A DNA stretch of 64,000 nucleotides. Source: a virus (lineage: Duplodnaviria > Caudoviricetes). The number at the start of each line of letters is the position of its first letter. Position 1 is the first letter of the stretch. The notes under the pieces are model-generated. The model searched no databases. It worked only from the letters and a program-made list of their open reading frames with translations, and had not been told where the DNA came from. Position numbers and translations under genes: made by a program. The stretch lies in IMG/VR virus record IMGVR_UViG_3300021256_000074, positions 1-64,000 of that record; one strand, 5' to 3'. Of this stretch, positions 35,957 through 49,264 are shown piece by piece.

Positions 35957-36241
35957 ATGAATAAGAAAAATACAAAAAAGACATTTAAGCCTGCATACGT
36001 GATAGATATGACTAAGTGTGAAACTGCTAACGATCTGCGCATAGAGATTGCGCTCAGTAAGCACAACGCAGGCCTGGCTATGACAGACGAAGATCTTTCA
36101 GCAATTATTGAATATGCGGTCGAGGCTGCAATAGATGCAATGCCCTCTTCAATCTGCATTTGTAATTGCGAGGTTAAACCCAAGAAGCTGCCTTGGTACA
36201 AGCGCTTCTGGAAGCGACTGAAGTACGCCTTTACTTGGTAA
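35957..36241 (+). CDS. Hypothetical protein with amphipathic KKLPWYKRFW C-terminus
   Basis: ATG 35957. Confidence 0.72.
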   Translation: MNKKNTKKTFKPAYVIDMTKCETANDLRIEIALSKHNAGLAMTDEDLSAIIEYAVEAAIDAMPSSICICNCEVKPKKLPWYKRFWKRLKYAFTW

Positions 36242-36385
36242 GATAAACGAGTATAACCGTTAAGTTATACAAAGTCGGAGGTTAAGCCTTGCAAGTCTAT
36301 ACCGACTATAACAAAGAGGCCCAAATACAGGTTACGTGGTCCTGAAATTCCACGTGTTCATAAAAAAGTTAATAATTGTTTGGCA

Positions 36386-36436
36386 GGGGCGACTGCTTTC
36401 GAGAGCAGTACAGAGTTCGCGACTCTGCGCCCCACA
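36386..36436 (+). ncRNA. Mini tRNA-like element
   Basis: GGGGCG/CGCCCC-ACA; ACTGCT/AGCAGT hairpin; CAGAG-TTCGCGA-CTCTG T-like arm. Confidence 0.6.
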
Positions 36437-36460
36437 TGTTTAAAACTAAAGTTTCCATTT

Positions 36461-36511
36461 TAGGTGGTTATGGTACAGCTTAGCTGAGGGGTTCGATTCC
36501 CCTACCTACCA
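36461..36511 (+). ncRNA. Mini tRNA-like element ending CCA, abutting the suppressor tRNA
   Basis: TAGGT/ACCTA-CCA; AGGGG-TTCGATT-CCCCT T arm. Confidence 0.62.
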
Positions 36512-36512
36512 C

Positions 36513-36587
36513 TGGTCTATGGTGTAGCGGTAGCACGGGAGGCTCTAACCCTCCAGGTCCGGGTTCGACTCGATGGTAGGCCGACCA
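36513..36587 (+). tRNA. Amber suppressor tRNA (anticodon CTA), Gln-type body
   Basis: TGGTCTA/TAGGCCG-A-CCA acceptor; GGAGG-CTCTAAC-CCTCC with CTA at 36545-36547; irregular T stem. Confidence 0.9.
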
Positions 36588-36605
36588 ATATTAAATTAAA
36601 AGAAC

Positions 36606-37166
36606 ATGGAATTAAAATTTAAGAGATTAGCAGAGAACGCAGTTCTTCCGATTCGCGCTTATAAAACAGACGCAGGTTTAGATTTAACTGCCACTCGTAT
36701 TACAACAGAGATTAACGAGTGCGGACAGTTGATTTTGGTTTATCACACAGATCTGGCAGTAGAAATACCAGAAGGTTATGTTGGTTTACTGTTTCCACGT
36801 TCTAGTATTTATAAGAAATCGCTAGTACAAACAAATGCAGTCGGTGTCATAGATGCTGGCTATCGTGGAGAAATTATGGCTAAGTTTAGAAATACTACAG
36901 ACGTAATTCCTGCGGTGTTTAAAGAAGGTGAACGGTTTGTGCAGCTGGTAATAGTTCCCATTCCCGAAATAACAGTAGTAGAAGCAGCAGAGCTTTCTAG
37001 TAGTGAAAGAAGTGTTGGCGGTTTTGGTTCGACTGGGAGCAATAATGAACGGAGCGCAGCAACGGGATCTCAGAGTCTTCCGGAACAGAAAGACGAGTCT
37101 ATAAACTCTGAGACCGCAACAGAAGCAAGCGGCGAGGCATCAGAGGGCCTTGAGCAAGCACAATAA
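36606..37166 (+). CDS. dut: Trimeric dUTPase
   Basis: AGLDL, PRSS, GVIDAGYRGE, RFVQLV, R-x-x-GGFGSTG. Confidence 0.95.
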   Translation: MELKFKRLAENAVLPIRAYKTDAGLDLTATRITTEINECGQLILVYHTDLAVEIPEGYVGLLFPRSSIYKKSLVQTNAVGVIDAGYRGEIMAKFRNTTDVIPAVFKEGERFVQLVIVPIPEITVVEAAELSSSERSVGGFGSTGSNNERSAATGSQSLPEQKDESINSETATEASGEASEGLEQAQ

Positions 37167-37221
37167 TAACGTTATAAAAGCTTGGGAAGCGGCGTGCATA
37201 GGATGGCAATGCTTCAGGAAT

Positions 37222-37245
37222 AGGGGATCCGAAAAAAGGTCCCCT
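37222..37245 (+). terminator. Hairpin after dut
   Basis: AGGGGATCC-GAAAAAA-GGTCCCCT-like stem. Confidence 0.45.
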
Positions 37246-37288
37246 ATCTCCGTATATATACATTAACAATTTAAAGACTGTACGTCGC

Positions 37289-38311
37289 ATGATAAAAGAA
37301 AGATTTATATACTATAAAAATCGCAACGCATTTGACACTGATCTTTAGAACGGCGAATTAAACAGTACACACATTGCTTTTATTGAAGATGATGGTTTAA
37401 TCTGGACGCACAATCATTTCTTTGGCGGCAGTCAAACGGATAAACCCATAACAGAAGAAGAGGTAAGGAGTATTGTATACGAGATACTAAATCTTGCTGA
37501 TAATCAAGAAATACTTGAGGCTTTACAAGCACTGCAGACATGGATAGACGAACACGGTGAAGATGTAGAAGGTGCTGCGGCTATCATAACTAAGGTAAAC
37601 GAGCTTGCTGATTAGATACAAAACATTAAGAATCTTTACCTTACAAAAGCTGAAGCAGCAGATATGTATGCATTAAAAGGCAGTTCTCAGGGTGGTATGA
37701 CCGACGAAGAGAGGGCTATGCTTGAAGAGCTATATGAAAAGCAAAATCCGTTAGTGTTTTCTGTTTCATTGAAAGACGCAGATGTTGTAGAAAAGACAGG
37801 ACAACTGTATAGTGTGCGGATACAATATAGTTTGTCGAAAGGTGGCAAACCCGTAATACCTACTTCAGTAACACTCAATGGAGAATCTGTAGAACCCAAA
37901 AGCAGTGATATACTTATAACGACCGCTCCTGCAAATGCAGACAGCACTTCATATACAATAACTGCTGTGTACGATGATAAAACGCTTAGTAAAACAGTTA
38001 CGTTTAGACAAATGCTCAGTAGCTATTACGGATTTGCTCCAGAAGGAGAACTGCCAAACTTAGCTTCTTTAAACAAATATTTTACCACTAGTGTATCTAT
38101 GCTCAACGGTATAACTAGGAGAGGAATAAACAATCCTACCACAGGTTATCATTTGTGGTTAGTTACACCGCATACTATATCTAAAGTGGCCACCGACGAA
38201 TCGTATGTATATCCTGTAGCTATGAACGATAAGGTTACTTCTAATGGGTATAACTATTATAGTAGCGTGGATGGTATAATGTCAGGTACGTTAAATTATT
38301 ATATAAAGTGA
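37289..38311 (+). CDS. Putative tail/structural protein (340 aa, 2 TAG=Gln)
   Basis: Single frame from ATG 37289; Ig-like beta-rich C-terminal half. Confidence 0.8.
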
Positions 38312-38312
38312 T

Positions 38313-39338
38313 ATGAACAACAAGAGTTATATAAAAATAATAGGTACTATATAGGATAATTCAACTAACCAGACTGTAGCAGAAGCGTTTCAGATATACG
38401 ACGAGGACTTGTCAAAGAGATAGTCAGAGATAAATGCGGAACATGAAGAAAAGCTTTAGTAGCTGTCTCAACGAAAAGAGAAGTGCTTAGGCTTTTTTAA
38501 TACGTATTCTGACCTCCCTGTAGAAGATGTAGAAGAAGGAAGTTGGGCTATTGTACCTGGTACAGACGGATTGTACATATGGACATATGGCGAGCAAGGT
38601 TGGCAACAAAGTTCTGAAAAGTATGAATAGCAAGAAATAGATCTTGCAGGTTATTATACAAAACAGCAAATAGATGAACAGTTGTCCACTGTACAAAATT
38701 CTATACCTACTAAAATATCTCAGCTTTCGAACGACTCACGTTTTGTAACACAAGATATTCTAGACGATTATGCTAGAATAGAAAATATTCAACAGCAAGA
38801 TCTGACAGAATATGCAAAGAAATCAGAACTGAGCAATGTAGCTATATCAGGGTCTTATGATGATCTTACAAACAAGCCTACAGTATCGTTAGTTGGTACA
38901 ACAGGTAACTATGAAGACTTAACAAACAAACCAGATATAACAGCAAAAATAGCTGAAGCTTTGGGGGCTAGCGAAGATGCAGTCGCCGCGTTAAGTCAAT
39001 TAATCGAACAATTACAATCAGAAGAAGGCGCAACAGTTGAAGGTATACTTTCACAGCTGAACAATATAAAGAATCAGCTGGGTGATAAGTTGACTGAAGA
39101 ACAAGTGTTGACGCTGATAAGAAATAACTCCGGCAGCGGGAGCGGAAGCTGCGATTGTCCTAAACACATTATTCTTACGGAAAAAGAGTACGATGAGAAT
39201 AATTATCAAAAGGACGCAATATATTTTATTTTAAAACCGGAACCTGCTACAAATGGATGGACCTTCGGTGGAACGTTCCCTATAGTATTTGGTAGTCGAT
39301 GGACATTTGGGCAAGAGTTCCCAATAAACTTAGCATAA
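38313..39338 (+). CDS. Putative tail fiber protein (341 aa, 5 TAG=Gln)
   Basis: VAISGSYDDLTNKP / VGTTGNYEDLTNKP fiber repeats. Confidence 0.8.
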
Positions 39339-39344
39339 TATATT

Positions 39345-40700
39345 ATGACAAAACATTATACATATGTAGCCAAGCAAGATGGCGATACGCTTAATGCTCA
39401 AGAGTGGAATGATCTTGCACAAGATGTGGATGCTGCTGTAACAGCTATTAACAATAGCTCTTCTAGTAGCTCTGATAGCGGTGTTGTATCTACAGAAGTA
39501 GATTCGTTGGATGCAGACAAAACCATCGTAAAAGTAAACGATGTTACTGTAGGTGAACTTACTGTTAAAACCGGTAAGGGTACAAACGTAGCTCTTTCTG
39601 GCAATAATAACATTAACATTGAACCGCGTCCTGCTATTGGTACTGGAGAGGGAAAGAATAACGCAAACGACGCAAACCGTAAAGGTGGCAATATTTCTTT
39701 GAAGCCTGGTGATGACATTGAACTTTGTTCTCACAAGCGTGGTACTGGCAAAAACACAGAGGTTGCTGTAAAGGCTATCGACGGTAGCGATAATCCTGTT
39801 AAACTTCAGATATTTGCCGGAGATATTACTCTTAGTACTAAAGGCAAGGGTAGTACAAAGAAGAAGGATGCTACAACCGGTGCAGACACTCAGGAGCTTT
39901 TGTATGACGATCCTAATGTAATGAACATAAACGTTACTACTGGTACAGGTAAAGGTTATCTGAAGGTTCGTGCCCAGGCTATCGATCTTCGTTGTGAAGA
40001 CCACGGTGGTATTGCTCTTCAGCCTAAAGGTCATGACGCACAAGGACACGAGAATAAGATTAAGTTTGAACACGGTGGCGGTGACGGCCTTGAATTTGGT
40101 ACGTTCAACACTTATAAAACATCTATATATACAGATGAATACCGTTTTATGAAAAACGGCGATTGGAAGATGGCAACTCGTCAAAAAGAGTTATCTGACA
40201 AACAGGATTCCAACGACCAAACGACTAATTGGAAATATGTAAAACAGGCTGATGATTTTTATGATATTATAGATAATAACGATCCTACTGCTACAACAGA
40301 AGATATTATAAAAGCTGGAAATATTGTAAAAGGTGTTGGTGTTAGTGTAAACAACGGTATTATTTCGCTTGCTGATACGTATGTTATATCAAGCATCGAA
40401 CAAGCTGCTTCAGGTACAGCTCTGGATTATGAAGACGTTTCATATGATGCATTTACAATCAACGATGTATATACAGAAGAACAGCTTCTTCGTAAGTTTG
40501 ATGAGCCCGTACTTCCAGTAGATTGGTTTCAGGGAAGTGATACACAAGTTATTGCTGTCGTAGGATAGAATTAGGGTGAAGTTTATAATATTACAATCAC
40601 TATCGTTAGACCTTCTGCAATGTCGTGCAGTTTAGATGACATTGTAAAACTTACTGCTTATATGAAATCGAATCATCAAGGGCCTTGGGCAAATGCCTAA
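39345..40700 (+). CDS. Putative tail spike/structural protein (451 aa, 2 TAG=Gln)
   Basis: Reads through TAG at 40566 and 40572 to TAA 40700; beta-rich repeats. Confidence 0.78.
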
Positions 40701-40709
40701 TGATTGATT

Positions 40710-40907
40710 ATGGGAATAAGAATAAATAACAGGGGTATAGAGTCTATTTTATACAATAATAGACCTATACTCGCTGTATATGTTAATGGGTAGAAAGTAT
40801 GGCCAGAGGAAATAATTCCAATAATAGATGAAATACTGTCTTGCTATTACAACGGTTATTGGATAGACGAATACCCCTGGACAGATGATACTCCTTGGAC
40901 AGATTAA
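40710..40907 (+). CDS. Small Trp-rich tail-associated protein (65 aa, 1 TAG=Gln)
   Basis: AVYVNG(Q)KVWP...SCYYNGYWIDEYPWTDDTPW. Confidence 0.75.
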
Positions 40908-40917
40908 ATAAAATACT

Positions 40918-43900
40918 ATGCAAACATACGAAGGACAAATAAACGAATTTGTTGACTGGGTAACTGGTATAAACAGTCTTACAGACAGTAACGTTACATC
41001 CTCCCTTCCTGTCAGCGGCCATTCGATTAGACAACTTCTTCAAGATCATTTAAAGAAGCCGTTTGTTAAATACGACGATAAGACTGGCGGACAATATTTG
41101 TTCTTCAGTAGTGAAGAAGCAAAAGACGAGTGGTTGAGACTTACTGATGCTACCAGCCCATTAGAAGATCAAGAAAAGGCAACTACTCTTGTTATCACAT
41201 CGATGCCCAGGCCTTCAGATACTGCGATAGATGTCAAAGCTATCGTTGAAGGACAAGAAACAGATATAGGCAACTCTAGATATATTACATCTGGAGACAG
41301 TACATCCGAAGCTGCAAATATACAGTTTATAGTAAGGATGTACAAAGAATAGGCTGGTGTACAACAAGATACTTCTGATTCATTCACTGTAACTTTCGAT
41401 ATAAAAAACTCTCTCGGCAATACTAAACAAGTAGTGTGGGATAAAGATTCGGATGAAGTTACTATTGGAGATGCATACAAATTGCTTTCGTTTAACTGTT
41501 ATCCTTTTCTAACAGAAGGTACAAACGGAATACACTTTACTGTAGCAAGTAAGAATACAGGTGCTATCTTTACGCGTGACATATCTGTATATCTTGTAAG
41601 ATTTTCTATAAGCAGTACATATCAGTTCCAGAATTCTCCACAATATGATTCAGAAATATCCATTCCTATTTCTGTAAACACCAGTATTCAGTCGATGACG
41701 TTGAATACTTATGTAGAAGTAATGGATGGTTCTGCTGACAACAAGTTGTTTAATCTTGTGGCAAACAGTACATATAACGGAAATCTGGATGGATATTCTA
41801 CAAATCTTACATTTAAGAACAAATATACTGCAAACTCTACACAACAAGATCATATACAGCATATTATAAAAGTATATGCTACTCTTGGAGGTAATGGTTC
41901 TGGTACATCGTTTACTAGTAATATAATATACTTTACGTTTGAAACAGCATCGTCTACAGAAGGTCTTCTTAACAAATTCATAAACGTTAAGTACGATACC
42001 CCTTCTAATAGAGATTATACAGAAAACGGAAACGTTATTTTGTACGCAAAGCAGTATGAGCCATTTAGCTTAGACTGGGCATACTATACAGATCACCTAA
42101 ATCAAAACTCTTCTATAAACGTTACTTGGTATCTTAGGTACAAAGATGGCGGAGAATATCAAGAATCTGCAATTGGTACTGGAGTTGGTGCTAAAGGAAC
42201 TATTAGTTCGCCTTTACGGTTTATTCCAGAAGTATGGAATAATGATCCTAGCGGTAAAGAATAGAATAAAGGTAAAGCTTATCTGATTGCGAAAGAAGGC
42301 AATACTGAACTTACTAGTTTTGAAATCATCGTCGATAAGAGCTCATACAATATATCAGAAACAGCTGGTGCTGTACTGAAGCTTTCCGCATACGGTAAAT
42401 CTAACACAGCTTCGGATAAAGACCAGTGGATCGATTCTATAGGTGGAGTAACTACTACCTTCAACAATATAATGTATGACGACAGATCTGGTTGGACAGA
42501 TAACGCATTATTTGTACAGGGTAGAAACACAACAGCGGTAATTAACTATAATCCGCTAAGCGCAGATCACGATCTTGAAGCTTTGGGTAAAACTATAGAG
42601 ATAGATTTTACTCCTGTAAAGTCAGACAATGATTCTGACGTCCTTATAAGAATAGGTAACGTAGAACGCGGTCATATAGACATTAAACCTAACGGAGCTT
42701 ATTTATATATAGGTAATAGTACAGTAGATACTATTCATACAAATTATAAGGTAGGAGAAAGACAGAAGCTTGCTTTCGTATTTAATAAATCAAACGGATC
42801 CGAACTGTATACAAACGGCCTTGTTTATATCATAAACAATGGTATTCTTGAAAGAGCTGCCGGTATGGCTACAGCTACTTCATATACAGCAAATGATGGA
42901 AATATTACCATAGGTGGCAGTGCAAGTAGTGTAAAGGTTTATAGTATAAGAATATATGACAAACCTCTGACATATCAGCAAGAATTGAATAACTATATAT
43001 TCGATGCTGCAGATAAGTCTTTTGTTATTTCAAGAAATGAAATATTTAAAAACGAACAGCTTGATTTCGACCTGGTAAAGAATAAGATTGATTCTATTCT
43101 TATTGAAGGTCTATCTGATGCTAAGTATAATGGTCTAAATCTTATTCTCAGCCCAAGTACGTCAAAGGAAGACTCTGAGACCACAGTAAACATAAAGAGA
43201 ACGTGTATTTCAGATGATACAAAATCTTTCTACGTACAGAAAGCAATGATAAGAAAACACGGACAGTCTACTATCAACTATCCTATTACAGCTCTTAAGT
43301 TCTGGTTGAACAAGTCTGCTACTGTTGGAGATACACCTTCGTTTGTAGAACAGTCTGAATCATAGCGTGTACAAGGTCTTAATAAGAATAGGTATATAAT
43401 GAAGAATGGTGCAATACCTTCAAATAAGTTTGTATTGCAAGCCAACTATGCAGACTCTTCGGGTGTACACAACGGAGGACTTCTTAGACTTATTCAGGAA
43501 ACATGGTACAATGCTACGTTTGGAGCGAATAACGAGTTTAAGTTAAGAACTGCTCCACAACTGTTTGCTTCTGGTTATATTGTTACACATAACAATGCAA
43601 ACCTTGGCGAAGATGGTAGCTGGGTAGAAGGATATGGTGTAGGTAAAGCTGCTGGTAAAACATGGCCAGAATTGACAGGCAAAGAGTTCCCATATACAAT
43701 TCGCAACGCTGCTGACTCATTCCCTTGCGCTGTATTCTACAACAATCCTCTCGGTGATGGTAATACACACTTCTTGGGTCAATACGTATTTATGGATGAC
43801 AAAAAGTCAGACTATATATACGGAGAAAGAAGTATATATTCTTTCGGAGATAATACTGATCCGTTTGTATTACGTACAGAGAATACCAAGAACGGTGTAA

Positions 43901-46900
43901 ATGGAAAACAGGACACTTCTTCAAATAGGGTGTGGAACAATAAGGATGTATTAAAGATCGAAATAGTACTTCCAAATACACTTGTTACTAGCTATATGGG
44001 AATGAATGTTCCCGCAGCAATAGAGGTTGATGATGAAGGTAATATTGTAAGTACTGGAGGTACAATGACTCCTTGTACAAACATTAAGTACGACATCGAA
44101 GGAAACCCACAAAAGTATTTCTGGGAAGACTATTTTGAAATGATTTATCCAGATCCAGACGATCTTGCAGAAGATGATGCAAAAGCTGGAATAGATAAGT
44201 TTAATCCGAATTCTAGTTTCGTAAAGACAGCTAAACCGTTTATAGACTTCCTTACTTGGATAACCGGAATATCCGCATTAAACGTAGACGGAAATGGAAG
44301 ACAGTATACAGATGGTACCGTAAATCAGACAGCGTTGAATAAGTTTATTGCAGAGGCACACGATCACTTAGATCTGTATAAGCTTGCTGCTTATTACATA
44401 TTCTTCTTGAGATTCGGTCTTGTAGACTCCGTGGAACGTAATGCTGAGTTAAAAACATATGATGGATAGCACTTCCATTATGAGCCGTGGGATATGGATA
44501 TTGCAATGGGTAATACCAACCAAGGTGCCCTTGTTTTAAATCCGCCACTTACGAGACAGAGTGTTATTCCTGGAACGTCTATAAAAGCATTCTCTGGTAG
44601 AGGAGACAGTACATCTAACTTTATGTGGGACTGCTTAGAGGCTTGGGACTATTGGTCAAAGACACTTGTGCCAGAAGTTGCAGAAGCTTTGTATAATGCA
44701 GGCCTTACGTATGAGAACGCTTCTAAGATGTTCGATGAAGAATATTCTGAAAAGTGGTCAGAGTCGATGTATAATGAAGCAGGTTTCTTCAAGTATATCC
44801 AAAACGGTGGAACCGAATATCTGCCTTGGTTGCAAGGTTCTCGTATGTCGCACAGACACTGGTGGTTGAGTACTTCTATGAACTACTATGATGCAATGTG
44901 GTCTTGTGGTACATTTAAGAGCAGACGTGTTGTATTGTTTGTAGATAAAGGAGCATCTGCACCAGGTACTGATATACTTTCAATTAAAGCTACTGCCAAT
45001 ACGTATTTCGAATTAACTTCTAGCGGCGGTACAGCCTCTATTGAAAAGAAGCCAGCAAATCTTACTGCAAACTTCGATATATCTAACAATACATTCTCTG
45101 CAAAAGACCCGACGTGGATATACGGCGGATCGTTCATAGAAGAGTTAGACTTAAGTTGTTTTGCAAGAACGATGGCTACAGTAGACGTATCTAGATGTTA
45201 TGATGACGTTCTTGGAGCAAATATTAAAAAGCTTATACTCGGTGTTCCCTTGAGCGGAAGCGGTGATACAAAAACTGGACAAATTTCTGGTACTCAGCTT
45301 CGTATATCTGGAACAAACGCAGTAACTAAAACTGACGCTCTTGAAATACTTGAAACGCTTGATATTACTGGACAGTCTTCTGTAAAGAATACGGCTGGTA
45401 TATTTGTGACAGACGACAGAACTTCAATAAAGAATCTTTATGCTGCTGGTACATCGTTTGTTGATTTCCAAAACGCACCTTCGGGTAATACATTTGAAAA
45501 TCTTGTACTCCCAGGTACTACTACTATAATGAATGCTGATAATAGTACTTCAGAATCAAATATAAATTCGTTTGTGATGCATAATGCATCTTGGTAGAAT
45601 CTTGAGTTCTGGAATACATAGGCTAATGCAGCACCTACATAGGTTGTAGATGAACATGGAGATCCTGTATATATAGAAGATGAAGAAGGTAACCAAGTTC
45701 CTGTTTATAATCCTGCTGGAGCAACGTACACTAAGATGACTGATATTCCTGCTTCAATCAGCACTGTTACATTCGACGGTAGTACTGCAAGAAACGAGTG
45801 CTCTATAGAATTTGTGTTAGGTTGGATAGATTCAATAAAGAAGACACTTCCATCTTATGATAGTTCTACAGGACAGTATAACAAGTCTGAATTACATGCT
45901 GCTCTTGAACAGAAAAGCTTTACAGCATCGAATGTTAACTGGACTACAAACTTTACTACACAGCTGACGTATGATGATCTGGAAAATATTGCTCATTTGA
46001 ACGGTATTGCAGATGGTGTATATAACAATGCTCGTAGAAGACTAATCAAAGGTTATGTTGTATTGAATGGGGCGTTGGACGCAGAGAAGATGGTCAACAT
46101 CAAACAGTGGTTTGGTAGTTCCGCGTTCGATAAAGCAGCTGTCACATCGCAACTTGTTGTAGACTCTGCTTCCGATAATGTTGTAATCAGTATAGACGGA
46201 GTAGAAGTACGGAACGGCAATCTGTATTTGAACGAAGGTTCTTCTGCTTCTATGCAAGCAACTAAGTTCTTACTTGGTGACAATGCTGCAGAAAATGCTG
46301 TATTGAGTCCAGAAAACGCAAATCCTACTGCAAATAAGATTATCTGGTCTGTTGGTAGTTCTGAAAAAACATAGTGGGGATCTACTTATCAAGGATCTGT
46401 ACGGCTAGAGTTAAGAGAAAGCGATGGTATGATGATGCTTGTTGCAGATAGAAACTATATTGGTGATTTTGCAGTATGTGTAAGAGCTGCATATCTTGAT
46501 TCGAACATGAATGCTAGATTTGCATATTTGGATGTAAATATCATCGGTACAACATATCCGGATTCATACACATTAAATGTAACAGGAAGCGGCGTAAGAC
46601 GATTCTTATGCACAGAAGCTATAGGTAGAGACGTATTATTATCTACATACAATGTTGACGATCCTATATATGTAATGCACACATAGAACCAAACAATGGA
46701 CATCGGCGTATTGTTTGGTGGCAGTTATAATGCTGCTTCTCCTAGATTTACAGCTGATGTAGAAGACTTATTTGGAAACAGTATCGTCGGCGGTACGCTA
46801 GATCTTGCTACTGTAAATCAAAGCGCGTATGCTGACCCGCAAGGAACATCTTCTGTACTTAGATATACGAGTTCGGATAGTGCAGACAAACTTAGACTGG

Positions 46901-47751
46901 TTGCTTATAGTACACCAGAAACGAGATCTGCATATAAAGTAAAGATCAATATTAAATTCTAGGGACTAAAACCTGCAGAAGTCAAACAATTTTATATCTT
47001 TGTTTGGAACGACAGTACTCCTATTGTAACAATAGATACTACAAATCCTTTGTACTTGGCTATAAGAAATAAATATAATACTGATTATGATTTGGTTAGC
47101 GAAACAAACTTTGCTGTGTTTAAATCGCACCTGCTTAGTTTGTATGGGACTTTTGATATGTCGTCGTATAATACAGTATCTTCATTGATTACAGCTAACT
47201 AGTAGTCTATATTTAATTATATGCCTTATATAACATCTGTTAATCTTGAAGGATGTACTAACTTAGTACACAGATTTGGTTATGTTGTTGACGAAAATGA
47301 TGAATGGGAATTTGGTGATACATACCCAATAACGTTTGTCAACAATGGACAGACGTCTAACAACGGGGTTGTAGATGTATTTAACTTTACTAATATGCCG
47401 AGACTTACTTCAATCTCGTTAAAGGGTTGTACAGGTCTTAATGCTTCAAATATATCTCCAAACACACTTAGTTTGGCTACGTGTCCTAATGTAACATATC
47501 TTGATGTTGAAGATACTACGATAGGTGTTAATATTCCTTCGGCACACAAGATATCTACTTTAAAGCTAGGCAGTCCATCAGAACTTATTATAGGTGACAA
47601 CAATGCTGGTATTACAGGTCTATCTTTAAATAATATCACTATTTAGAGTACGTCGTCGTTGGATAGCTTGGAGTTAAACCATATTAATTATGGCGGCAAT
47701 ATAATCACATATAAAATGTTCGACAAACTATTTAATTTTAGCGCATCATGA
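40918..47751 (+). CDS. Giant virion/tail protein (2277 aa, 13 TAG=Gln) with LamG-like, CotH-kinase-like and LRR segments
   Basis: Nine ORF-track fragments share one frame and are separated only by TAG; VYSIRIYDKPLT, KTYDG(Q)HFHYEPWDMD, LTSISLKGCTGL. Confidence 0.85.
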
Positions 47752-49124
47752 GTCATTTAATATTAAGACAGACTACAAATAGTACAGAATAGGTTGATAG
47801 AAGTTGCATAAACGATTTATATTTATTAACAACTAGCCTCGCTTTGGATGCTACGAGCGATCTTCAAGGAAGAATTAATACTACTGCGTCTAGTAAAGAC
47901 AAGATAAACGCATTACACACTCTTGATAATCAAGAGCCAGCTGTACCAGTAGCACCAAACGATAATGAAACTCGTTGGGATAATTTGTTTGCTACAGCAA
48001 CAGCGTATGCTATATAGTTTAGTCACGAACCGTTTGGAACATTTTTTATCAATACATTCAACGGAGGAAACGAGGTTACTTCTGCAGATCTTGTAAATTT
48101 TAAGAATATCAATTTTGACAACGTTGGTGAGCAATCTGACATATTGAATCTTGACGATTTAGCATTGTTTACGTACTTAGAATTGGTAGTGGGTGCCAAT
48201 AAGAATATATTTCCAAATGTTACGTCAATAACACTTCCGAAGTCTTGTACAAGATTTATAGAAATAAAACAATATAACAATTTAAAATCGTTTACCGCAT
48301 TGGGTACTGTAAAAGATCAAATAATCGAAGGGTGTAATAATTTAGAAACTGTCAATTTGTATTCGTATACATATTTTAGCGTCCAATGGTGTCAAAAAGT
48401 TTCAACCATTAACGTTACAGTAATTCCTTCCTCAGTAACTCTTGGGTGGGCAGCTTTCGGTGGTTGTACGTCACTTCAAAACATAGACTTTTTGCCTGAA
48501 GAATTTACATTTGCTTCTGGAACTTAGGATCAGTTCACACGTATTCCAGCAGAAACACTTCCAATAAGTCCAGTTTCGCCGTTTGTAACAGCATAGTGCT
48601 ATAGATGGTGTAGTAATTGGAAAGGAGATGCAATATTTCCACCAGTAACAACTACGTTTAATTAGTAGTGCATGGCGTTTTGCAGTTCGTTGCGGTCTAT
48701 AATAATAACTAGTAGTTCGTCTATTACGGTAGCTAGTGAGGCGTTTTGTACATATAACCCGTGGGCTGGTGCTCCAGACAAATACAAAGGGTGTGCGATA
48801 TATGTACCGTTGTCAACATATGATACTGTTATACAGGAATCAGGGATGTCTAATTATGTGCAAGGCGACTTGCTTGAGGGATCATTTGTTGAAAAAGGTA
48901 ATAATAGACTCCCTTTTAATGCTGGACGTGTGTTCGGATATAGAATATTAAGACACGACGGATCTTCTTGGCAAAATATATCCGATTTTGGAGCAGGAAA
49001 AGCTGCAATGGATTTAGTAAGAGAAGCTAGAAAGAATACAGTATTTTATAATAATACAACAGATGTACCTTCTACTGGAAGTAATGGAGATTTAGCATTT
49101 GCTGTATACGTGCCTTAGTCTTAA
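47748..49124 (+). CDS. BspA-type leucine-rich repeat protein (458 aa, 7 TAG=Gln), putative receptor-binding protein
   Basis: IPSSVTLGWAAFGGCTSLQNI and AFCSSLRSI repeats; ATGA overlap with the giant gene; final TAA 49124. Confidence 0.8.
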
Positions 49125-49153
49125 CAGAACCCTAACTGTCTAAAACAGGGATT

Positions 49154-49264
49154 GCGCGGTTAGCTTAGTGGTAAAGCGGGAGACAGGCTCATACATGAGT
49201 TTCGGAAGCACCTTAGTGATAGAAAGTATCATAGCCGAGGGTTCGATTCCCTCACCGCGCGCAA
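49154..49264 (+). tRNA. tRNA-like RNA with an expanded (~55-nt) anticodon domain
   Basis: GCGCGGT/ACCGCGC acceptor; D arm AGCTTAGTGGTAAAGC; GAGGG-TTCGATT-CCCTC T arm; two internal hairpins. Confidence 0.7.
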
